Source: Felis catus (lineage: Eukaryota). Taken from it: 64,000 nt of DNA. The translations under genes and the position numbers were made by a program. Under the pieces are notes generated by a model, which had not been told where the DNA came from, made no database searches, and saw only the letters and a list, made by a program, of their open reading frames with translations. This document shows positions 12,900-23,075 of this stretch, piece by piece (the stretch's first letter is position 1; the number at the start of each line of letters is the position of its first letter). The stretch lies in assembly GCF_018350175.1 (NCBI RefSeq), contig NC_058386.1, forward strand, positions 126,666,001 through 126,730,000. Direction: 5' to 3'.

Positions 12900-13580
12900 T
12901 TTCTTTTCTGTTTTAATGTTTATTTTTGACACAGAGAGAGACAGGGAGCGAGTGGGGGAGGAGCAAAGAGAGAGGGGGGACACAGAATCCGCAACAGGCT
13001 CCAGGCTCCAGGCTCTGAGCCGGCAGCACAGAGTCCGATGCGGGGCTCGAACCGACGGACGGACCGTGAGATCATGACCTGAGCCGAAGTCAGACCTTTA
13101 ACCGACTGAGCCACTCAGGCGCCCTCTCCCCCACTTTTTAAAGGTTTTATTCATTTTTGAGAGAGTGCATGTGGGGGAGGGGCAGGGAGAGGGGGACAGA
13201 GGATCTGAAGTGAACTGCGCTGACAGCAGCGAGCCCCATGTGGGGCCTGAACTCACCAACTGCCAGATCGTGACCTGAGCCAAAGTCGGACGCTCAACGG
13301 ACTGAGCCACCCAGGTGTCCCTGAAAGCTTCTTTAAAACAAACAAACAAACAAACAAACAAAAAACATACCAGGGGCGCCTGGGTGGCTCAGTCGGTTGA
13401 GCGACCGACTTCGGCTCAGGTCATGATCTCGCGGTCCGTGAGTTCGAGCCCCGCGTCGGGCTCTGTGCTGACAGCTCAGAGCCTGGATCCTGTTTCAGAT
13501 TCTGTGTCTCCCTCTCTCTGACCCTCCCCTGTTCATTCATGCTCTGTCTCTGTCGCAAAAATAAATACATGTTAAAAAAA
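12900..13580. mobile_element. Cluster of three CanSINEs (two minus, one plus at 13372-13580)
   Basis: Consensus heads and tails are visible. Confidence 0.9.
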
Positions 13581-14727
13581 TGTTTTTCTAAAAATATCAA
13601 TAAAGCTGATTTTGAAAAATAAAGTGTAACCAGGGAATATTAGGAACAATATTTGTGGGTAAGTTTCCCAATTTAGATGAAATGGACAAATTCCTTGAAT
13701 GACACAACTTACCAAAACTGACTCAAGAAGAAATAGAAGACCCGAATATCCCTACATCTATGAAAGCAATGGAGCCAAAAACTCCAGGCCCCCGTGGGTT
13801 TACTAGTGGCTACCTCCAAATACTTAAAGGAGAACTATCACCACTCCTACGCAAATGCTTTCAGGAAGCAAAGGAGGAGAAACATTTCCCAAATCATCTT
13901 ATGAGGCCAGCATTACACAACCCCAAAACCAGATGAAGACATTGCAAGAAAAGTAAACCACAGGGCAATATCCTTCAGGAAGTCACACACACAAAAGAAC
14001 TTGATTCGATATTAGCAAATTCAACCCAGCAACATACAAAGAGGATGATACCATCATGGCCAAGTGGGGTTTATCCCAAGAATTGGTTTTCATTAAAAAC
14101 AAAAAAGTCAATCAGTGTCATCTGTCATAATAAGAAAATGAAGGAGAAAAAACATGTGATCATTTCAACAGACACAGAAAAAAAGCATCAGACAATATCC
14201 AACAACCACTCGTGACAAAAACTCTCGGAAAACTAAGACTAGAGGGAAACGTTCTTAATCTGATAAAGGGAACCTACAAAAATCCTACAGCTAACATGAT
14301 ACTTAATGGTGAAAGATAGAATCACCGCCCCCGCTCCCTCGCCCGCAAAGTTTGAGAAACAAGGTATGGATGTTCACCACTTCCATTCAACACTGTCCTG
14401 GAAATCCTAGGCAGTGCACTAGGCAAGAAAGAGAAATAAAAGTAGTGACACAGATTGCAAAAAAAGAAAAGGGATTATCTTTATTCAGAGATGACATGCT
14501 TGTTTACGTAGAAACCCCTAAGTGATGTACAAAAAAAAGAAGAGTGACATTTTAAAAAATCACTACCATTTATAATAGCATCCCCAAACATGAAGTATTT
14601 GGGGACACATGTAATAACATATGTGCAAAACCTTTACGGTGAACACTAAAACCTATTGATAAGTGAAAGAAAGCTTACAAAAATGGAGAAACGCATCCTA
14701 TGCGTGGAGCGGAAGATCCTGTATTCT

Positions 14728-14823
14728 TTTTTCTTTTAGCGTTTATTTATTTATTTTGGAAGAGACAGAGAGAGCATGAGCAGGGGAGGGGCAGAGAGAG
14801 AGAAAGGGAGCGAGAGAGGGAGG

Positions 14824-14861
<38 letters not shown>

Positions 14862-14988
14862 CCCAAGCAGGCTCGGAGCTGTCAGTGCACACCCCGACTC
14901 TGGGCCCGGTCTCACAAACCGTGAGATCATGACCTGAGCCGTAATCAAGAGTCAGACGCTTAATCGACTGAGCCACCCAGGTGCCCCA
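14728..14988 (-). mobile_element. CanSINE
   Basis: Reverse consensus with a (GA)n tract; flanking repeat cctgtattctt. Confidence 0.9.
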
Positions 14989-16163
14989 AGGCCCTGTATT
15001 CTTAAGATGTACACTCCCACCACACCATTCTAGAAATTCATTGCAAACCCAGTAAAAATCGTGATGACGCAGAAATGGACAAGCTGATTCCAAAGTGTAT
15101 ATCCAAATGCAAAGAACCTGGAATAGGCAGCTCGAACTTGCAAAAGAGGAATAAAGTCGGGAGACATAGGATGACTAAAAGAGGATACAGACACAATGGA
15201 AAGTTCACATGTCACTGGTGGGACTGTAAATTGGTATGATCACATCGGAAAACAGTGCTTCCGTTTCTTATACAGTCACACTTACGCTTACCATGTGACC
15301 CAGAAATCCCACTTCTGCTAGTTACACAAGGGAATTAAAAATATATGTGTGTGCAAAGACTTGTACGTGAATCTTCGTATCAACTTGATTAACAATAACC
15401 GCAGTTTGGAAACAAGCCAAACGTCCAATAGCAGGTGAGTGGTTAAGCCTAAGTTACGGTACATCCACGCAATGGAATACCGGTCAGCAACAAAGAAGGA
15501 TGGACATACTGTGTGATTCCTGGAAATTCCAGAAAAGGCAAAATCTAAGCTGAATTTGCTGTGTGGGGGCACACTGTAGAGGAGGACATTGTCTGCACGG
15601 AGGCACAAGGGTGACTGTGAGAGCGATGGGAATGTTCTGTATCTCGGCTTTGGCTGTGGACACCTTTGTCGTAACTCATGAAACCGTACGCTTAAATGTG
15701 TGCAACTTCCCATACGTGCATTTTGCCTCAAATAAGCTGAGCAAAAACAAAAAAAGAGAAGGGACAAACAAAAACTGAATAGCAAAATGGCAGACTTACA
15801 TCCGACCATATCGGTAATCGTATTAAATGTGAGTTTGCCAAACAGTCCAATTTAAAAGCAGACATCGTTAGAAGGGTGCTTTCTTTAAGTGACCAAACTA
15901 CACGCTGTCTACGTGAGCCACATTCAAGATACAAAGACACCAATAGGTTAGAAGTAAGAGGATGGAAAAGGACTTACGAATAAATAGTGAGCAAAGAAGC
16001 CTGATGTGGTTATATCGATATTAGAGAAATCAGACTTCGAGGAAAACTGTGTTACCAAAGATGAAGGGATGCGTTTCATACTAGTAACAGCAGCAATGAA
16101 TCCATCTGGAAGAGAAAATGATCATAAATATGTCTGAGCCTAATGACACACCTTCAAAATGCA

Positions 16164-16410
16164 CGGGGCGCCTGGGTGACTCAGTCGGTAAGCGTCTGAC
16201 TTCGGCTCAGGTCATGATGTCACCGTTGGTGAGTTCCAGCCCAGCGTCGGGCTCTCTGCCCGTCGGCACCGAGCCTGCTTTGGATCCTCTGTCCCCCTCT
16301 GTCTCTGCCCCTCCCCCACTGGCTCTCTCTCTCCCCCTCTCTCAAAATAAATAAACTTAACACACACGCACACACACACGCACGCACGCACGCAGACACA
16401 CGCGCGATGC
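16164..16410 (+). mobile_element. CanSINE with a (CA)n tail
   Basis: Consensus head ggggcgcctgggtg. Confidence 0.9.
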
Positions 16411-16819
16411 AAGAATTTTTGAGATTAACAGGTGAAAGGGACAAGTCCAAAATCACGGTTGGAGTTTTTAACATCCTCTCTCAGCAAGCGAGAGAGAGAG
16501 ACAACACACTCTGTTAAAAGAAATAGAGCAGGGATTGGCAAACTACCGCCTCCTGGCCAAATCCAGCCCGGGGCCTCTTTTATGTGAAAAGTTTGTTGTC
16601 CCCCGACATAGAACATACGATCAGTGGTATCACCTACCTTGACCGATGTCTTTAGAACACTAAACAGGAGATCTGAATTTCACATGTGTGTCCACTACAC
16701 ATTGTTTTCAAGTACAAGTATGTTCGCCAAGATAAAGCATTTTCTGAGCCACGGACCAATTCTCAACACATTTCAACGTCAAGGATTGAAATTTAACCCG
16801 GTACGTCTCTGACCAGCCT

Positions 16820-17090
16820 TGCCTTGTTCTTGATTCTAGAGGGAAAGCTTTCAACCTCTCACTGTTGCGTATGATGTCAGCTGTGGGTTTTGTCGTATGT
16901 GGGCTTTGTGGTATTGAGCTATACAACTTTTCTCTGCCCCCATTCGTGGAGGGTTTTTATCATGGAAATATGTTCTATTTTGTCAAATGCGTTTTCTGCA
17001 CCTAGGGAGATGATCATATGGTTTTTATCTTTCATTCTAACGATGCGGTGCTTCGTTTATAGACACGCATGTGTTGAAAGATCCTTGTTT
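16820..17090 (-). mobile_element. Antisense L1 ORF2 fragment
   Basis: ccttgttcttgattctagagggaaagctttcaac...tttgtcaaatgcgttttctgcac...gatgatcatatgg is reverse-strand L1 ORF2. Confidence 0.8.
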
Positions 17091-17399
17091 TCCGGCTGCA
17101 GGTTCCTCCTGCCCGTGCCCGGAGATGAGAGCTGCCTGCCCCGTAGACAGTGACAAAGAACAGGGCAGACAGAGACAGTCCGAGGCTCAGGCTGAGGCGC
17201 TCTTTGGTGACACTGCTCATTGAAATGCTTCCACCAGCCACAGGCCGCTCTAGACACTGGCCACCTTCTTGCTGTGACACCTGCCTCCAGGACAAGGCAG
17301 CTGTGCCTTTACTTTCCTCACTTGTCCTGAGGACCTATTCGGAGACGCTCAGGTACAGATTCGTGACTATAGAGTCACGGAGTTCTACACAGCTCAGTC
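17055..17399. repeat. Inverted duplication arm B (pairs with 19920-20264)
   Basis: Near-identical reverse complement of about 345 bp. ORFs 17150..17602 (+) and 19768..20169 (-) share about 78 aa. Confidence 0.95.
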
Positions 17400-17855
17400 A
17401 CGTGCTCAGAGGCTTTAGGAGTTGGGCCATGGCAGTCTGTTTGGGCATGGACAGTGGGGATCATGAGCCGCACCACCGTGTGGGGAGTAGTGTCAGGCAG
17501 AGGCTTCCTGGATATCGCAGCTGGCGGGCCGTCGAAGGCTCGTGGCACGGCTGGTTCAGGCAGACGCATCGACGCGGGTGCCCATTTGGGCAGACGCCCT
17601 AGGGTGTCGTGGCACTCTAAGGGGTGGAGCTTCATAGGTGAGAACTGATTGGCTACAGAAGGGACTGCTTGGTGGGAACCAATCACAGGTCAGGAGGCAT
17701 TACCAGTGGTCCGTGTGGACAGTTGCTCTGGGCATCCGGAATTGCATTGTGGAGTAAAGGGGTGAAGCATTGTGAGAGAGCGCTTTGTCCTTCAGTGATG
17801 CCTTGAGAGGGTGGGCGGATTCAAAGTTGGGTCTCAGGTGGCTGGTGGAGGCCCC

Positions 17856-19012
17856 GTGAGGGCAGCAGACGAAGGCACGGGTGCCGTGGGCGTGGTGGTG
17901 GGCGCAGCAGGTGGTGGCCAGTGTGTGCCAGGTGGACCTCGTGGTGTCAGTGGCCCCAGAGTCCCTGGTGGTTCGGGTGGTGCCTGTGACCCTGGCCATC
18001 CCAGCAACCCCGGAGGCCTGAGCGATCCGGAAAGAACCAGCATTGTGGGAGAGGTAGGTGCCGCCTCTGGTGGCGCTCTCCAAATGGAGCGGGCACCCTA
18101 CACACCAGGTCCTGGTGGAGATGCCGCGCCTGGCGCTAGAGGTCCTGGTAACCGACTGCTTCAGTTGTATCCTATTCAAGGAGTCCCAGCGGGCTGGACG
18201 GCAGGGGGATGGGCTGGAGGTGGTCTGGCGCGCGGCGGGGTGGGGTGTGGGGGGGAGACTTGGGGAAGTGGAGTTGAAAGGGGAGCAGGAGGGAGCTCCG
18301 GGCACCTGGAGGGTATCGGCTAGGGTTTGGCCCGTGCTGACAGAGGATGGGGAGTGGGGTGGACCGCCTGATGGGACTGAAGCGGTAGGGACAATGCTAT
18401 CCGGGGTGGCCTGGCTGTATAGGGTGGGAGGTTGTGGACAGCCTGAGGGTCAGCCTGGGGTGGGGAAGGCAGGCCTCACTGAAGAGGAGGCCTGAGGCAC
18501 AGGCAAAATTAGTACTGTGGATGGTGCCTTAACCCAGTCTCCACCAGCACCCTCACTATACCTTTCCCCTCGGCCATGGATGCGGAGATTGCCCACAGGT
18601 TCCTGACTCCAAACGAGGAGCTCCAGGAGCCAGTTCGGGAGGAGCTCCATGTGAACGGCAGCATCCTGACTGTGTTAGTTCTAGAACGGTCCAGGGAGAG
18701 GGTGGTGGCAGGTGACCAGGGACAAGGTCAATTCCGGAGGAGCTGTAACGGAGACAAGGGAAACAGGAAAGGAGTGAGTCGAAGGAAGGAGTGTGGTGCT
18801 CTAGGATCGTTGCTGTGTGAAGGGGCGGAGCGGGGAATGTGCCCCACCGGCCCTCTAACTTGACTTATTTTTTCCTACCTCGTAGCCGCTTGACTGCCGA
18901 TGACCCTGGCCAGCTCCAAATGTCCATCACCTCCTGTCTTGGCCAGCTTTCCCTAGTGATACGGGCCATGCAGATCATCATGCCCCCCTTTTTCACAAAG
19001 CCGCAGCAGTGA
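17856..19012 (+). CDS. LAGE3/CTAG-family copy 3 with an open spliced frame but GTG at the ancestral start (next in-frame ATG 18084); exons 17856-18166, 18548-18673, 18886-19012; may be a pseudogene
   Basis: (V)RAADEGTG...GPGNRLLQ-F / TLTIPFPSAMDAEIAHRFLTPNEELQEPVREELHVNGSILT-V / RLTADDPGQLQMSITSCLGQLSLVIRAMQIIMPPFFTKPQQ*. Intron phases are the same as in copies 1 and 2. No AATAAA at the homologous site. Confidence 0.7.
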
Positions 19013-19919
19013 AAAGGTGGCTGGACCCAACTCTGTGTCCCCCCCACATGACAGTGATTCCTGCAGCAGCTGCCGTTTTCTTACTGAGGCCGCATCTTTT
19101 GCCTATACTGGCCCTTGGGTGCTTCAGATCCACATTTTTTTTTTTTTTTTTTTTTTTTTTTTGGTGATCAAATGGTAACTGCTACTATTCTGTGTCTGGG
19201 TTTATTTTTAAAGCATCTACGCCTTCTCCTATTCTCGCCTTTGTTCTCAGGTAGGGGGAGAGATTCTGACATTCAGATACTCAAGTACTAGAAGGCAATT
19301 GAAGAAGACAAGTTAGGCGACGGGAGAAAAAAATTATGTCCTGTTATTCAGGACATTAACTACTGTCAACATGTTAGAACTTTTGTTTTAGTTTTATACT
19401 AGCATGTACATAGTCATGTATAATACCTGCAGAGTAGGACTTTGTGGCTTCTCGGCCTTGATTCAGATCTGTGCAGAAGAGCGCTGGGACAGCTGGCTAG
19501 GTCGGCCCCACTGCCCATTCTATACTCCCGTGTCATCAGAGGCCTCATTCCCTGAGGTTCCGAACCCACAATTCTCAGAGCTCCTTGTGGTTGGCTCTCA
19601 CTTGTATCATCCTTCCCCAAAGTGTTTTTCCAGTTTATTACGCTGCTGCTTGCTTCCCTGAAGTCCTGACAAGGGTCCTGGAGGAAAACAAAAAGGGGAA
19701 GAGGTCTCCCTGAGGTGGGGAGGGGACATGAAGTACATTACCCTTTGCCTTCCCCTCCAAGACTCTCTTATTTAGCACAACAGTGGGGCCACGTACAAGG
19801 CACCCGAGTGGCTGAGGAGGGGAATGGGCGACGCCCCGGTGCACGAGGTGAGTCTCTAAATCGGAGAGAGGAGGAACAGAGCCTTGCCTGAGGGAGAATT
19901 AGCAGTGTCAGCAGAGAGA

Positions 19920-21196
19920 GACTGAGCAGTGGAGAACGCCGTGACTCTATAGTTACGAATCTGTACCTGAGCGTCTCCAAATAGGTCCTCAGGACAAGTG
20001 AGGAAAGTAAAGGCACAGCTGCCTTGTCCTGGAGGCAGGTGTCACAGCAAGAAGGTGGCCAGTGTCTAGAGCGGCCTGTGGCTGGTGGAAGCATTTCAAT
20101 GAGCAGTGTCACCAAAGAGCGCCTCAGCCTGAGCCTCGGACTGTCTCTGTCTGCCCTGTTCTTTGTCACTGTCTACGGGGCAGGCAGCTCTCATCTCCGG
20201 GCACGGGCAGGAGGAACCTGCAGCCGGAAAACAAGGATCTTTCAACACGTGCACGTCTATAAACCCCGCCCTCGGCCGCCTCTCCAGCAGCTGCTGCCTC
20301 TCCAGCGGCTGCTCCCTCACCAATCGTCGCCACGCGCTGTGACGCGTGACCCCACTGCACCCACGCAAACCAGTCCCACCTCAGCTCCACCCCCTCCCCA
20401 CACCCCTAGCCCCTCCCCAGACCTCGTGGGAGGCCGCCAGGCACCACGGCCTGTTGTCCAGAGGGCCCTGCCTCTTCCTTGGGCTCAGTGTCCCCAGCAC
20501 GTGGGGCTCCACGACCTCGCAGCGGTTCGTGGAGGGAGATGGGCCACAGCCAAGACGGACACGGCCCCGCACCCCGTCCCCTTCCCCGGTACCGGTGGAC
20601 ACACCAAAGCGGCCTTTGGAGGGGGCGACTGAGCACAGGTGCGGATCAGATCGGCGGTCTGGGAAGGTCACGAAGGGGCTCCCGTCGGGGGGCAAGCCTG
20701 CCAGTAGCAGGCAAGGAGGGAAGGGATGGCGACTGGAGCTAAAGTAGTTAGTGGCCACGGAGAACAGGGATGCGGTCGCATAGGGAAAAACCACAGTGCA
20801 AAAGGGAAATCACTAAAATCCCAACTTAGGAAGCTACTGTATATGTGCACGGAAATCCTGCCACGGTAGCCTGAAGTGTAAACACCTCGTATGTCTGTGT
20901 GGTGGGATTGAGGGTGGTCCCCACTTCTTTTGTGTGCATTTCTCCCCCAAAAGGTTCACAATGACTTTACATGACCTTTGGTGTTTTCAATTCTTTGACA
21001 TCCTTGTGTGCGTGATCTCTACGCCCCACGTGGTGCGGCACTCACGACCCAGTGAGTGCTTCCACAAGTCAGGCTTGAGAGAGCAGATGATGCCATCCAG
21101 GGCGCCGGGCAGCAGCACTCCCCGCACCAACAGCACGACGAGGACCACGCAGGGGAAGGTAGCCGTGAAGTACACGAATGGGGCGGGGGAGGGACG
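19920..21196. repeat. Composite inverted copy: revcomp(17055-17399) joined directly to revcomp(1-916)
   Basis: The junction tctataaac|cccgccctcgg lies at ~20264. Confidence 0.92.
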
Positions 21197-22162
21197 GGGG
21201 GGGTAACCTGCTCAGAAGGGGCCCTGCGGCCCCGCCTCCCCACTTAGGGGTCCCCAGCCTCAGCAGGGGGGCAGGCGGGCCACACTCCCCCCACTGTGGT
21301 ACGGTCCGCTCCGAGGTCAAGCGGGAGGCCAGCCTGCAGCCCCCCCTTCTACTCCTCAGAGCCTGGGCTCCTCCCGAAGGAAGCGGGGTGCTCAGCTGGC
21401 CACCGGCCGCCCCCGCAAGGACAGGTCAGCTGTAGAGAGGGAGGGCGGAGGCAGGACCTTCCCCGGGTGGGGAGCAGGACATCGGCCTGGAGGCAGGTCC
21501 CATGCCTCCTGTGGTTCTCTGCACAGAGGCAGGGTCCTGGGCAGGACGGAGTGGACTGGGCCGGCCGGAGACAGAGGCGACAGCGAGGTGACCGCGAAGA
21601 CCTCTGCCTCCGTCCCACCCTCAGCAGAGCAGGACAGGTAGGCAAGGGAGGGCCACGGGCCGGGTCCCCCCAGGCTGGCCGCAAAGCAGAGAGTGAGGAA
21701 GTAGTGAGTGAGGAAGAGAGGGAAACTGTGGCGGGGATGCCCGACACAGGCAAGTTCAGCTGGCGGTCGCCTGGGCCTGTCCCCTCAGGACGGAAGTCGG
21801 CTGGGCTGGAGTGTGGAGGTTGCGGAGGACTACCCAGGCACGCGTGGGAAATCCACCGGGCTGGGTTCAAGGACCTGCCCCCGCCTCAGGCCCTGGCCCG
21901 GTCACCTCGCATGGCAGGGTGCCCCTGCCCCCCCCCCGGCAGAGACACCCCTTCTCCCCACCGGCCATGCTGCCCCCACCCCTGCCATCATCACCCACCC
22001 CGACCCGCCGGCCTCCAGCTGTACCTTTCCTGTTGACTTGACCCCCTTGCAGACACAGAAGTAGGCCAGCACCCAGCAGGCCTGCAGACACAGGGTCACC
22101 TCCCAGTTGAGGGACCCTGGCACGTCCAGCCCCCCCACCCCGAGAGCCGAAAGACTTTGTTC
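21060..22162 (-). pseudogene. Unprocessed SLC6A8 fragment, copy B (exons 22025-22162 and ~21060-21178 with the intervening intron)
   Basis: The first exon reads [44 protein letters not shown] followed by gtacag. After an ~850 bp intron comes [30 protein letters not shown]. There is a frameshift in a G-run and the second acceptor AG is lost. Confidence 0.9.
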
Positions 22163-22654
22163 CTGGGGGGAGGGGGGGACAGCCCATCAGGGCTGCCGCA
22201 GCAGAGGGCAAAGCGACCGGGGAGCTGTCGCCGGGGCGGTGCTCCCCCGTGCCGCTGCCCTCAAGTCCAGGTGGGCCCCCCTGGGCCCCCGGCCCAAGCC
22301 CACAGCCATTGCAGTGGGAGGCAGGAGCCCGGGAGCCCCCGGCCGGAGGCCGGTCGCGCCCTCGGCGGTGTACCCTCCCCCAGGCTGGCAGGCACTAGGG
22401 GACTGACGGCGCCCGGGACCGACAAATGGTGAGGGAGCCAGGCCCATCCCTTCCAGCTCCCCTAGGGGCCGTGCGGGGTGTGCTCCCTGAGGACAGGCAG
22501 GGCCTGGGAGTGGCCCCTGCTCCGCTTCCCGCGTAGGCCCCCCCCCCGGCCCCCGGGTCGCAGGGCCCCCGGGACACGCAGACCCGAGCCATACGGGGAG
22601 CCCACAGACAGGGACAGGCACGGTGCTGCCCAGAAGCGCCTGAGCGCGGCCCAC

Positions 22655-22830
22655 GCCTCGATGCCCGGGACCGGGCGGGCGGCGGTCAGCTGGCTGCTGG
22701 CAAGTGCGCCCGGCTGGCGCCTGCGCAGACACAGGCTTGGGGGGAGGGGCGGGCCGGGCCGGAAACAGTCACGTGCCAGTGGCCTCACCAGAATGCTCTC
22801 GGGGACGTAGGAGCCCGACAGTGACGTCAC
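22655..22830 (+). promoter_or_regulatory. CpG-island promoter block of copy 4, near-identical to that of copy 2
   Basis: 22655-22785 versus 4187-4305 shows 4 substitutions plus one 12-nt indel by eye. CRE GTGACGTCAC at 22821-22830. Confidence 0.6.
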
Positions 22831-23075
22831 GCGTCGGGGGGCGCAGCGTCCGGAACCAGCCTCCATCTCCTCGGGGTCAGCGTCGACCGGATCCAGGCTC
22901 TGCCGGCTCGGTGGGAACCAGCTCCGCGGGGTCTGTCTGCGCAGGTGCCCTGGCCATCCCCGACAGCCTTGCGCGCCGAGGGGCCGGGCTTCGCGAGGCC
23001 TGCCAGGGGTCTCAGCGGTCGGCCGACAGTGGGCGCAGCGTAGCGGTGGGCTCTGAGGAGGCCGGTGCGGCGGCC

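Larger units (their letters stand above)
11890..16800 (+). mobile_element. Old L1 fragments (ORF1 end, ORF2 and 3' pieces) interrupted by CanSINEs
   Basis: L1 ORF2-like text such as tttagatgaaatggacaaattccttgaa, gaggccagcattac and catgatacttaatggtgaaag. Boundaries are approximate. Confidence 0.75.

Noticed and set aside
17150-17602. Duplicated ORF MTKNRADRDSPRLRL... (also at 19768-20169)
   Set aside because: The identity is explained by the recent inverted duplication; it has a GTG start and no known homology.
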